A stretch of DNA of 63,988 nucleotides from NCBI GenBank assembly GCA_951406725.2, contig OX597816.1:57350001-57413988 (forward strand), written 5' to 3'. Below are positions 25,487 to 37,203 of the stretch, piece after piece. Under the pieces are notes generated by a model. It was not told where the DNA came from, did no database searches, and saw only the letters and a list, made by a program, of their open reading frames with translations. Made by a program: the position numbers and the translations under genes. Source of the DNA: Octopus vulgaris. Its lineage: Eukaryota. Position 1 is the first letter of the stretch. Each line of letters starts with the position of its first letter.

Positions 25487-26088
25487 TGAGCTGGCAGAAA
25501 CGTTAGCACGCCGGATGAAATGCTTAACGGTATTTCGTCTGCCGTTACGTTCTGAGTTCAAATTCTGCCGAGGTCGACTTTGCCTTTCATCCTTTCGGGG
25601 TCGATAAATTAAGTACCAGTTATGCACTGGGGTCGATGTAATCGACTTAATACCTATGTCTGTCCTTGTTTGTCCCCTCTACGTTTAGCCCCTTGTGGGT
25701 AATAAAGAAATAGAAATAGGTATTTCGTCTGCCATTACGTTCTGAGTTCAAATTCTGCCGAGGTCGACTTTGCCTTTCATCCTTTCGGGGTCGATAAATT
25801 AAGTACCAGTTACGCACTGGGGTCGAATGTAATCGACTTAATACCTATGTCTGTCCTTGTTTGTCCCCTCTGTGTTTAGCCCCTTGTGGGTAATAAAGAA
25901 ATAGGTATTTCGTCTGCCATTACATTCTGAGTTCAAATTCCGCCGAGGTCGACTTTGCCTTTCATCCTTTCGGGGTCGATTAAATAAGTACCAGTTACGC
26001 ACTGAGGTCGATGTAATCGACTTAATCCGTTTGTCTGTTCTTGTTTGTCCCCTCTGTGTTTAGCCCCTTGTGGACAATAAAGAAATAA
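25487..26088 (+). mobile_element. SINE family B concatemer: one head plus three tandem 3' units of about 185-190 bp
   Basis: ggtatttcgtctgcc recurs at about 25529, 25719 and 25904. Each unit ends aataaagaaata. Confidence 0.92.
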
Positions 26089-26179
26089 CAAAATAAACAC
26101 GAAGACAGGTTTACTCCTATGTTTACTGTTTCCATCACAGCTGCACGATCATATCGTTTTTTTTTTTTGTTTTTTTTTT

Positions 26180-26960
26180 ATCTTGTTTCAATCATTAGAC
26201 AACGACCATGCTGGGGCACCCACCCTCAGACTTGAAGAATTTTTAGTCGAATGAATCCACTGCACTACTCTACTCTTTTACTTGTTTCAGTCATTTGACT
26301 GTGGCCATGCTGGAGCACCGCCTTTAGTCGAGCAAATCGACCCCGGAACTTATTCTTTTGTAAGCCCAGTACTTATTCGATCGGTCTCTTTTGCCGAATC
26401 GCTAAGTGACGGAGACGTAAACACACCAGCATCGGATGTCAAGCAATGCTAGGGGGACAAACACACACACACAAACACACACACACACACATACACATAC
26501 ACATATATATATATATACATATATACGACAGGCTTCTTTCAGTTTCCGTCTACCAAATCCACTCACAAGGCATTGGTCGGTCCGGGGCTATAGCAGAAGA
26601 CACTTACCCAAGATGCCACGCAGTGGGACTGAACCCAGAACAATGTGGTTGGTTAGCAAGCTACTTACCACACAGCCACTCCTTTTTTTTTCTGAAATCT
26701 AGTACTTATTCCATCGGTCTCGTTTTGCCGAACAGCTGGAATTCGAGGACGTAAACAAACCAACACCAGCTGTCAAGCGTTGTGGTGGGGGACAAATACA
26801 CACACACAACGAACTACTTTCAGTTTCCGTCTACCAAATCCTCTCACAAGTCTTTGTTCGACCTGAGACTGTAGTAGAAGACACTTGCTCAAGATGCCAT
26901 GCAGTAGAACTGAACCCGGAACCATGTGGTTGGGAGCAAACTTCTTACCCCACGACCATA
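26180..26960 (-). mobile_element. Nested family A SINEs: a young full copy (about 26268-26682) inside an older copy
   Basis: Old tail at 26180-26265, complete young copy, then the old body resumes at about 26697 (tctagtacttattccatcggtctc). Confidence 0.8.
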
Positions 26961-27159
26961 CATACATACACACACACACACACAGCGATTACCTTAGATA
27001 GGATCAGATCATCCTGGCAATTACCATAGATAGCCGCCCATCCTGTGAGTGCTAGCTGGACTTACACAAAGGAGAGTTTCTCCCGTGCGAAGTTAGGTTT
27101 CAAACGAACAGAAATTCCATTTGGTATGCTTCTGTTGCGGGGTGTCTATGAAGCATTCT

Positions 27160-27434
27160 TTTCGCCTTTTAATCGAGGGAATCCACACCTGGACTTATTC
27201 TTTGTAAGCCTGGCACTCTTTTGCCGAACTACTAAGTCACGGGGACGTAAACACACCAACATACGACATACATATATATATATATACATATACGACGGGC
27301 TTCTTCCAGTTTCCGTCTACCAAATCCACTCACAAGGCTTTGGCAGAAGACACTTGCCCAAGATGCCATGCAGTGGGACTGAACCCGGAACCATGTGGTT
27401 GGTAAGCAAGCTACTTACTACACAGCCATTCCTG
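27160..27434 (-). mobile_element. SINE family A with internal deletions
   Basis: gacttattctttgtaagcc...gcaagctacttactacacagccattcctg. Confidence 0.82.
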
Positions 27435-27858
27435 TGAATGTTTTATATAACACACACACATACACACACACATGAATTGTCATGTGCGAAAGCATTTGGG
27501 CTTGTCTCTTGTGTAACGTTACAGCCAATAAACAATTACACACACACACACAATCACGAGAGAGAGAGGGCTTAAAAATAACTCTGTAAAGACTCCCAGA
27601 ACAAATGCACGATATCAGAAAATAAATGGTTCTCAAACCTTGTCGAGTTTCTTCTGTTGACTTAACAATGTCTTCAGTGAAATTGTGAGAAGACAAGTAT
27701 TATGACTTTGTCGCATTTCTCGCCTCATTAACGACATTGTTATTCAATAGAGAAGTTTTCTATACTCTCATTTTCACACACACACACTATATATATATAT
27801 ATATATAAATTTCTAAATATCTCATAGAGATATGTACGGTGGTGGAGCGATAAAGTGG

Positions 27859-28100
27859 TTGTATACTGTCAACTTAACGTGACAGTCCTGTAAGGGAATT
27901 ACACCACCGCTGTTTAGCCCTAGGAAACATGCATGTCTCTAGATGCAGGGCTAGCTGTTGGGGGGTGTTTTTCTCCCCTTTGTAAATATATAAGGACACA
28001 AATGTGTCAAGGCCGACAGGAAGCGTCGATGCTTCCTAGGGCTAAACAGTAGTGGTGTAATTCCCTTACGGGACTGTCACGTTAAGTTGACAGTATACAA
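27859..28100. mobile_element. MITE or foldback element with 72-bp inverted arms, TA-flanked
   Basis: 27859-27930 is the near-perfect reverse complement of 28029-28100 (ta|ctgtcaacttaacgtgacag ... ctgtcacgttaagttgacag|ta). Confidence 0.8.
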
Positions 28101-28107
28101 ACACACA

Positions 28108-28157
<50 letters not shown>

Positions 28158-28161
<4 letters not shown>

Positions 28162-28241
28162 GGAGCAAATAATTCACGAGAAAAAATAACTTACGAAGAT
28201 ATTAACTCTGTTAATTTTCTCGTGAATTATTTGCTCCGTAT
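28158..28241. repeat. Perfect 27-bp inverted repeat with 30-nt spacer
   Basis: atacggagcaaataattcacgagaaaa / ttttctcgtgaattatttgctccgtat. Confidence 0.9.
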
Positions 28242-28569
28242 TGAAATTCTTTTCCCACTGCTGGCTGCCATGATTTCGGCGCAAAACAAATCACTTGCAG
28301 CGCAGACTTCAACGCGACGGGTTGGGAGTCTCTATCATGTTTAACGCGTGCTGAGGAAGCTGAGTCTATTTTTTCCAGTGCAGAAACCGGTCCACGTGAG
28401 TCCAAATACTTAAATGTACGTTGGGAGATTGTCTTAGCCTGTTTGCCTTGGGACGGTTGATTTCTGTGGTTATCGTCAGTGTGTTTTGGCGATTTAAATA
28501 AGAATTTTTACTGATTTTTTTTCATGCAGGTAGACATACTTTAGTATGTCCTCTGATTAATTATATATA

Positions 28570-28872
28570 TGGCTGTGTGGTAAGTAGCTTGCTTATCAAC
28601 CACATGGTTCCGGGTTCGGCCCTACTGCGTGGTACCTTGGGCAAGTGTCTTTTACTATTGCCTTGGGCCGACAAAACTTTGTAAGTGGATATGGTAGACG
28701 GAAGCTGAAAGAAGCCCGTCGTATATATGTATGTGTGACTATATGTTTGTGTGTCTGCGTTTGTTCCCACCCCCCACATCGCTTGACAACCGATGCGGGT
28801 GTGTTTACGTCCCCGTAACTTAGCGGTTCGGCAAAATGGACCGACAGAATAAGTACTAGGCTTCCAAAGAGA
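28570..28872 (+). mobile_element. SINE family A, 3'-truncated
   Basis: tggctgtgtggtaagtagcttgcttatcaaccacatggttccggg...gaataagtactaggctt. Confidence 0.87.
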
Positions 28873-29085
28873 AAAACTTATTTGATTTTCGAAATCTGCG
28901 TCCTAACAAAGGTTTTTAGTTATAATTAAGCAAAACATGAATTTGCTACGAGAAATGACTCGAGTTTTAGATCGCCAAATCTGACACTCTCTAACTGCCT
29001 CCTCTATATATATATATACATTTATTTACCACACCTTTTATCACTCTCTGTTTCTGTATATGTATATCTCTCCCGCATACTGCCC

Positions 29086-29155
<70 letters not shown>

Positions 29156-29274
29156 ATAATACAGTGATTGTTTCTTGTCAGGAACAAAAAGATTAATAGG
29201 ACTGCTATAGAAGTGCTCTATTGAAAGAGACAAATATATCAAACTAAGGTTAAAGAACAAACAAATACAAGGTC

Positions 29275-29355
29275 ATCCCTGACGAAGGAGGTATTTTCTT
29301 GATGCACCCTAGTGCTTTAAACATAATAATACACCCCTGAAATGGCCATAGGGAT
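29275..29355 (+). ncRNA. Putative type I hammerhead ribozyme in a Penelope-like fragment between (TA)n tracts
   Basis: atcc-CTGACGA-aggaggtatt...aatacacccct-GAA-ATGGCCAT (palindrome)-A-gggat. Confidence 0.65.
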
Positions 29356-29480
29356 TAAGTAAATATGGTTTCCTCTTTTTTAACTATAAGGCTTCTCTTA
29401 CTTGAATAAGTTTATAAGATTTCTAAACGATGAACTTTTATTTTATTTACATGATATATATTATATATTTTTATATGCTT

Positions 29481-29530
<50 letters not shown>

Positions 29531-29811
29531 TTTTTATATACTTATATATTTTTATATATTACTTTATATTATATTTTTACTTTCTAGATGTTGTAATGTT
29601 TTTTTAAAAAATGTATTTTTCTGAATCGCTAAAGTATTAACTCTAAACCGTGATGAACTTTTTTCTCGCACCTTATTATATGCTTATTGCTTGTACAGAT
29701 GAATTATGTTCCATCTTGCGGGATGTTTAAATGTATATTCTATGATCAAAGGCTCGAATTATGAAATGTTATGCGGATGACCTTGCATTTGTTTGTTCTT
29801 TAACCTTAGTT

Positions 29812-29849
<38 letters not shown>

Positions 29850-30199
29850 TTTTGTTTAAAGCTTTTCTGGAATAAATGAATCAGAAAATCACATTCTGCA
29901 TGAAAAAGTACGTTAATATAACAAATTTGAAAATTTTCCCTTAATTTTAAAATTTCAAAATCTGTGACAGCATGGGAAAAGATCCATCTTTACCACTCTC
30001 TCTCTCCCTCCGTATATGTATCTCTCACGCTGTGTGTGTGTGTAAGGAATTTCATATGGACGAAAGAGTCGACAGATCCTCACTAAGCACCGACAGTGAG
30101 CTACGAAAAATCTCACATCTACGCACAAAATGGAAAAACGATAACTTTATACATTCATTAAATTGCCCGGCAACGACGAGATACTCAATGTGTGTGTGT

Positions 30200-30478
30200 G
30201 TGGTTAGGGTGATATCCAGTAACGCGTTGTGTCCTTCAGCAAGACACTTTATTTCACGTTGCCCCCGTCCACTCAGCTGACAAAAAAAGAGTTGTACCTG
30301 TATTTCAAATGGGCCAGCCTTGTCACATTCTGTGTCACGCTAAATCTCCCCGAGAACTAGGGTAAGGGTACACGTGTCTGTGGATTGCTCACCCACTTGC
30401 ACGTTAATTTCACGAGCAGGCTGTTCCGTTGATTGGATCAACTGGAGCCCTCGTCGTCGCAACCGACGGAGGGCCAAT
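30200..30478 (+). mobile_element. SINE family C-related, partial
   Basis: gcgttgtgtccttcagcaagacac...gtccactcagctg...cgtcgtcgcaaccgacggag. Confidence 0.78.
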
Positions 30479-30480
30479 TA

Positions 30481-30636
30481 TGCCTGTGTGGTAAGTAGCT
30501 TGCTTACAAACCACATGGTTCTGGGTTCAGTCCCACTGCATGACGCCTTGAGCAAGTATCTTCTACGATAGCCTCGGGCCGACCAAAGCCTTGTGAGTGG
30601 ATTTGGAAGACGGAAACTGAATGAAGCCAGTTGTAC

Positions 30637-30673
<37 letters not shown>

Positions 30674-30858
30674 TTCCCCACGATCGCTTGACAACCGATG
30701 TTGGTGTGTTTACATCTCCGTGACTTAGAGGTTCGGTAAAAGAGACCGATACGATAAGTATTAGGCTTACAAAGAATAAGTCCTGGGGTCAATTTGTTCG
30801 ACTAAAGGCGGTGTTCCAGCATGGCTGCAGTCAAATGGCTGAAACAAATAAAAGAATA
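30481..30858 (+). mobile_element. SINE family A
   Basis: ctgtgtggtaagtagcttgcttacaaaccacatgg...gctgaaacaaataaaaga. Confidence 0.88.
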
Positions 30859-31799
30859 TATATAAAATGAGAGTGAGAAAAGGAGAGTACCTGATGACAG
30901 AAGACCCATAAGCCATAACCAAATTTAAACTCAGAATCCGAAGCAAAACCCCTGAAAAATATCTTCTCTGGCATTCTCACAGTCCCATCACTTCCCTGTC
31001 TTTGACTTGTACTATTTTACCAACCCCGAATAGATCAAAGTCAAAGTTGACCCTGGCAGAATTTGAACTCAGAGCGCAGAAAATCGGAACTAATAGGTGG
31101 AGGGATGGGAGGGTGAGATCTAAAGCATATTCGGATTGATTTCTACTTGAATTCAGATTGAGCTTATAATCTTCAATTCATCTTCTTCGGTTCAATTAGG
31201 TCAAGACTGATTAGCATAAAGTAAGACCCCCCCAACTGGCATAAGCTAATATTTCAGTTCATTAGTTGACCAGAAATAGATCCTACTTCCATTACGACCA
31301 CAGCAATCGAAACACGCATTAATTTCTACTAAACATTCCACTTCAAACATAAACAATGGTTGGCCTTAAAGAATTATGTTTACAGAGTTTAAAGTTAAAC
31401 TATAAATCTAATTTAATGTGGAAGTTGATCAACATAGTTTATTGCTTAACAACTGGGTTAAGAGTTTATTTAAAACTCTTTTTTCTTCTGGCCACATCAA
31501 CCACGTTTTCTGTTAGAAATAAAATAAATATTGCACTCATCTCACGACACTACCCCGATTCGACAAGGTTTTGCAGGCAATTTTTTCTTTTCTTATGTTT
31601 TTCTCTTCCTGATTTAGAATAGTGGCTGCTTTGTAAGTCTCGGTTTATAATTTATAATATAATTTACATTAGCTTTCTTTCAAAGGAAATCTGATCTCAT
31701 TAGACAGCTTCTTCGTGAACGCTTTTGTCTGGAGCTATCACCGTAGCCAGCATATAATAAAAAGACAACAAACGGAAATATGACATATATGTATATATA

Positions 31800-32135
31800 T
31801 ATAATTCAAGAAAACTTATTGTAAATAAACTAACGAACATATGCTAAATACACAGGCGGGCAGAAAACACTGACGTTCACCAATTCTTCATCAGTTATCG
31901 GCCAGAGAGGTTAAATTCAATTGCAGCCATTGTCGATAAAACTATCGAGATATATATAAAATGATTAACCAGGTGTGGTGTAACAGCAAAAGAAATAGAT
32001 CTTGATATCTTTAAGATAGAGAAATATATTTAATATTTTATACAAATATGGAACACTCACATACAGTACTCAGAGTTTCCCTGTAAGCTACAGGTATGAA
32101 GCTATCCGATTTCCGATCGGTTATCAGCGTACATG
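31800..32135 (-). mobile_element. Penelope-like fragment with two decayed hammerhead pieces
   Basis: Minus strand reads CTGATAA...cctgtagcttacagg-GAAA-ctctgagt-A (32061-32133) and gataaCTGATGAag (31884-31899). The body resembles 40770-40873. Adjacent to (TA)n. Confidence 0.5.
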
Positions 32136-32141
32136 TCTTTA

Positions 32142-32640
32142 CAATGGTCCAGTGGTTAGGGCAGCGGACTCGCGGTCGTAGGATCGCGGTTTCGATTCCT
32201 AGACCGGGCATTGTGAGTGTTTATTGAGCGAAAACACCTAAAAGCCCCACGAGGCTCCGGCAGGGGATGGTGGCGAACCCTGCTGTACTCTTTCACCATA
32301 CTTTCTCTCAATCTTTCTTCTGGTTTCTGTTGTACCTGTATTTCAAAGGGCCAGCCTTGTCACACTCTGTGTCACGCTGAATCTCCTCGAGAACTACGTT
32401 AAGGGTACACGTGTCTGTGGAGTGCTCAGCCACTTGCACGTTAATAAATGAGCTGTGACGACAATGGTGTCAAGCTGTATCGGCCTTTGCCTTTCTCTTG
32501 GATAACATCGGTGGCGTGGAGAGGGGAGGCTGGTATGCGTGTGCGACTGCTGGTCTTCCATAAACAACCTTGCCCAGACTTGTACCTCGGAGGGTAACTT
32601 TCTAGGTGCAATTCCATGGTCATTCATGACCGAAGGAGGT
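32142..32640 (+). mobile_element. SINE family C fused to a different 3' tail
   Basis: caatggtccagtggttagggcagcggactcgcggtcgtaggatcgcggtttcgattcc... Switches to unrelated sequence at about 32445. Confidence 0.82.
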
Positions 32641-32641
32641 C

Positions 32642-32679
<38 letters not shown>

Positions 32680-33189
32680 TATATTATATTATATTATATA
32701 AACGATAGTTATTAGCCAAATGGTATCTCTCTTATAATGCTTTCTCTCCGTCTAGTTATGGTGTAATGTTTCTCTGTTATTTACAAATGCACCATCAGTT
32801 TTCGTAGAGAACAAACGTGTTAACAGCGGAAACAACACGTGGATCGATTTGTTGATAAACTCCCAAATTTGTTTAATGCGCGCATGCATATGAACAGAGA
32901 GAAATTTCCAGATGTGTGTATGTGTGTGGATTAGCAAAGGTGTAGGAGGGGTGGGAAGAGCTGTTCAATAAAAGCTTATTCATTATTTTCGTGGAGTCTG
33001 AATTTCCATAGAAGTTGAAGATGAAGGAAGGAGTGGACCCTCCGCTTCGAAGGAATGGATATATATATTTACCAGTATGACTCGTCACGTGACGGATAAC
33101 TTTGGAAACAAACTTTTGCCATCATGGCTAATATCAGGAAACATTGCCCACGTACATTCGTTATGCATACATTACCTTTCATCGAATGA

Positions 33190-33574
33190 CTAGCAGTATC
33201 GCCCGGCGTTGCTCAGGTTTGTAAGGGAAATAACTATAAAGCATTTTTAGAGAGTTATAGCCAAAAAATAGCAAAAAATGGGAAAAAAATGATGGTAAAT
33301 TTTTTTTAGTTAAAAAAGGTGGAGTTGCGTCCCCTAGACGGTCTGTGGTTTGGGTTTCTGATTCTCGACCCCATGTCGAATTTATCGATTTTTTTCAGAA
33401 CTGGGGGAACTTTTCAAAATTTTCGCTGCGTTAGTTTTGAATTATGACATTGGGCTATGTGTGTGTCAAGTTTCATCAGAATCGGTTGAAAGCCGTGGTC
33501 AGAGTGAGGGTACGAGAAAACAGACACACAGAAAACGCACAGACAAACTGCCGTTTATATAGAGAGAGAAGAGA
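33190..33574 (-). mobile_element. Non-autonomous Helitron
   Basis: Minus strand starts A|TC..., has a GC-rich hairpin (cctgagcaacgccggg) about 10 nt before a terminal CTAG|T, and shows no TSD. Confidence 0.75.
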
Positions 33575-33869
33575 TGAAATGAATATTAATTTTTAAAAGA
33601 AAATATTTTTAACCTTAGAATATGATTAAATTAAACAAGTTCCTCGTTTGAATAACTCCTCCTATAACTATGTCATTTACTCTTTCTTGTCCTTTGTATG
33701 TGTAGCAATGCGTTCCCTTAATCATTGTCTCCCACCAAGCCTGGCGTGTGCACTCATTCTGCACCTTTTATGTTAGTTCCCTCTGCATCTCTCTTTTGCT
33801 CTCTTCCCGCTCTCTTTATACGATTTAAAGCGTAACTTGAGAATTCAACCAACAATTATATCAACTGTT

Positions 33870-33918
<49 letters not shown>

Positions 33919-33933
33919 ACATATATATATATA

Positions 33934-34138
33934 TATATATAAACACACATGTACACGTACGCATGTAGATATACACATACATAGAAATGCTCACATACAT
34001 AGACATGCATACACACACACATACATGCATGTATAGTAGATGTATTTCCGTGTGTGTGTATGCATGTCTATGTATGTGAGCATTTCTATGTATGTGTATA
34101 TCTACATGCGTGCGTGTACATATGTGTGTTTATATATA
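33934..34138. repeat. Inverted duplication (about 85-bp arms) of microsatellite-like sequence
   Basis: gcatgtagatatacacatacatagaaatgctcacatacatagacatgcatacacacac pairs exactly with gtgtgtgtatgcatgtctatgtatgtgagcatttctatgtatgtgtatatctacatgc. Confidence 0.85.
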
Positions 34139-34186
34139 ATGGATGAAAGCTATGTTTATATGTAGTTTATGTATATGTGTGGTGTG

Positions 34187-34226
<40 letters not shown>

Positions 34227-34249
34227 TATGTATATGTGTGGTGTGTATG

Positions 34250-34285
<36 letters not shown>

Positions 34286-35118
34286 GTGTGTATGTATATA
34301 TATATACACGTGGTGTGGCCTGTGTGTGTATATGTACGAATGTCTGGTCAACGTTCGCCGAAGGGCATCGTGATCTATGATGCACGGAGATAATACAAGC
34401 GTTATGACGTCGATGTGTGGCACGTTCCATTGAAGCTAAACAGTAAAAGCATAATTTATGAAGAAATTATTTAGTAGAAAAAATAAATCTCCTGTAGTTT
34501 CTTTACAAATTTCTGATATTAAGATTTATAGAGAAAGCCTTTCAATAAGCAATTTGTAGTAAATTCCATGTTTAAACAGCAACCTTGAAACAGATACGTA
34601 AGCTTTGAGTCAAGATATCTGACCCAAATCTGTTTTTTTTAAATTTAGTAAAACGATAAAACTTACGAAAGGAAAATAGACAGCTTTCTATGGTGTCTCG
34701 TTTTTCGTTTCACACACACACACACACACGACTTTGCTATATAAATATATTTATATATAGAGATAAGACTTGGCTTCTTCACGCTGCCCGTTTTGTTGTC
34801 TTTGTCAGATGTGCATTTATTGGTTAAATCAACTTTTTCTTAAGAAAAATAACGGCAGCTCTGATAGACGCCGAACCACCTTCTCTAGTCTTTCCTTCCA
34901 GTGTAGGAATCTGCTGTTCTACTCTCGCTCCTTCGCATTCTGGACTTTGTCCATATCGAGTTTTTCCAATCTATCAATAAAACCCTGAATATGGTCATGA
35001 AAAGTTGGCGGGGAAATACAGAGAGAAAGCAGCCAGTTGGAGCAGGAAGCCTCTGTACACTGCAGAGGTGGGGTGTCGATATGTATGTATAATAATTTTT
35101 GTGTGTGTGTGTGTGTGT

Positions 35119-35681
35119 ATGAGATGCTTGCATCTTTCCTGACACATGGGAAGGCATAGCTATTGATTGTAGCAGGTGGAGAAGGATTGTGCACGAGGGG
35201 ACAGTTACTTTTGAGAAATCTCGACAGCCACATGAGAAAGTAAGGAAGGATGTCAGGAAGGGCATCGCTGTTACACTTCCAGATGGAAAGGGTCTTCCTT
35301 TGATGCTGACATGCAATGTCTGTGCAAGACCCTGCCTCAATAAAGCTGGACTCAAGAGTCATCTTCGTAGTCATAAAGCGAGACAGATGAGTGACAACCT
35401 GGCCACTGGTGGTGATGTAACACACCATACTAATCATATCTGTTGGGCATGTAGAAGAGAGTGTAATTCGGCAGGAGGACTTAAACGACATGCATAGGTA
35501 CATGAAGCCCAGATACAATTACAGCCGGCTATTACCGGTAAAGGTTTTAGTTGCTAATTCTGTTGTACAAGACATTGTAGATCTTTAGCTGGGCTAAAAA
35601 GTCACATTCGATCACAGCACCGGTAACAGTTAAGCTTCGTGCAATGGCCATACTCGAGAACGAGGGGGCAGCCATAATAAA

Positions 35682-35682
<1 letters not shown>
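35119..35682 (+). mobile_element. RTE-clade LINE 3' fragment with three C2H2-type zinc-finger motifs
   Basis: PDTWEGIAIDCSRWRRIVHEGTVTFE (RTE 'WE..A.DR..WR' motif), then CNVCARPCLNKAGLKSHLRSH, CWACRRECNSAGGLKRHA*VH and C*FCCTRHCRSLAGLKSHIRSQH. Short 3' tail into (TA)n. Stops present. Confidence 0.85.
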
Positions 35683-35737
<55 letters not shown>

Positions 35738-36151
35738 CATACATACACAGTATATTCTGAAGGATAATGTGTTTCTGGAATTTGGTTAAATTACAAGAAA
35801 CAAAACCTAAATAGAATTTAGACGCTCTAATTTGGGAATCCTTGAACTTATGAATTTTAGAATCGAGCCTGAAATTACTTGTTTGGTTTCGGTTTGAAGC
35901 ATTTCGAGCTTTTGCAATCACTACGCGCGCGCGCGCATGTAGATGGGCTTGTGTGTATGTGAAGTCAGGGAAGTCCGGCTAAGTTCTATCCCCCTCCACC
36001 TCGCAGTACGCTTGAAAATCATGAAATTGTGAAACCGGTTAAAGGAAATGGAAATAGATCTTTTTTAAAGACACTGCATTTTCAAGTCGTGGGAAAAAAA
36101 TTTTACTTTCTTCACTGTGTATATATTGGGTCGTCTCACACAGGCATAATT

Positions 36152-36531
36152 GGCACACCGTCGGTTACGACGACGCGGTTTCCAGTTGATCGGATCAACG
36201 GAACAGCTTGCTCGTGAAATTAAAGTGCAAGTGGCTGCCCACTCCACAGACACATGTACCCTTAACGTAGTTCTCGGAGAGATTCGGAGTGGGACACAGA
36301 GTGTGACAAGGCTGGCCCTTTGAAATACAGGTACAACAGAAACCGGAAGAAAGAGTGAGAGAGTTTTGGTGAAAGAATACAGCAGGCCTCGCCATCACCC
36401 GCTGCCGGAGCCTCGTGGAGCTTTAGGTGTTTTCGCTAAATAAACACTCATAACACCTGGTCTGGGAATCGAAACCGCGATCCTATGACTGCTAGTCCGC
36501 TGCCCTAACCACTGGGCCATTGCGCCTTCAC
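36152..36531 (-). mobile_element. SINE family C, full length
   Basis: gcacaccgtcggttacgacgac...ctaaccactgggccattgcgcc. Confidence 0.88.
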
Positions 36532-36785
36532 ATTGCTTCAATTGATGTTACAGTTTCATTGTTTTACGTAGGTTACTAAATGAACGTAAGGTTGTTATTT
36601 CCCAAACATGCAGTGACCATTACTTAAATTATACGCTGTCATTTTGTACAAGACAGACATTGTCAATTAATGAATGACATCAAATATTTATGACTTAATT
36701 ACTTTAACCGTTATTTAGATATTTAGATGAAGTGGTACTATTAACCCGTGACTTCATTCCCACCCCGTTAGGCTTGTGACAATTT

Positions 36786-37203
36786 ACTCTTTACTCTTTT
36801 ATTCTTTTACTTGTTTCAGTCATATTACTGCGGCCATGTTGGAACACCGGCTTTTAATCGAGCAACTCGACCCCGGGACTTATTCTTTTGTAAGCCCAGT
36901 ACTTATTCTATCGGGTTCTTTTGCCGAACCGCTAAGTAACGGGGACATAAACACACCAGCATCGGTTGTCAAGCAATGCTAGGGGGACAAACAGACACAC
37001 AAACACACACACGCCTATATATGTATATATATATATCTACGACAGGCTTCTTTCAGTTTCCGTCTACCAAATCCACTCACAAGGCTTTGGTCGGCCCGGG
37101 GCTATAGTAGAAGACACTTGCCCAAGGTGCCACGCAGTGGGACTGAACCCGGAACCGTGTGGCTGGTAAACAAGCTACTTACCACACAGCCACTCCTGCG
37201 CCT
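36786..37203 (-). mobile_element. SINE family A, full length
   Basis: Complete reverse-complement copy with (tactctt)n tail. Confidence 0.9.
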
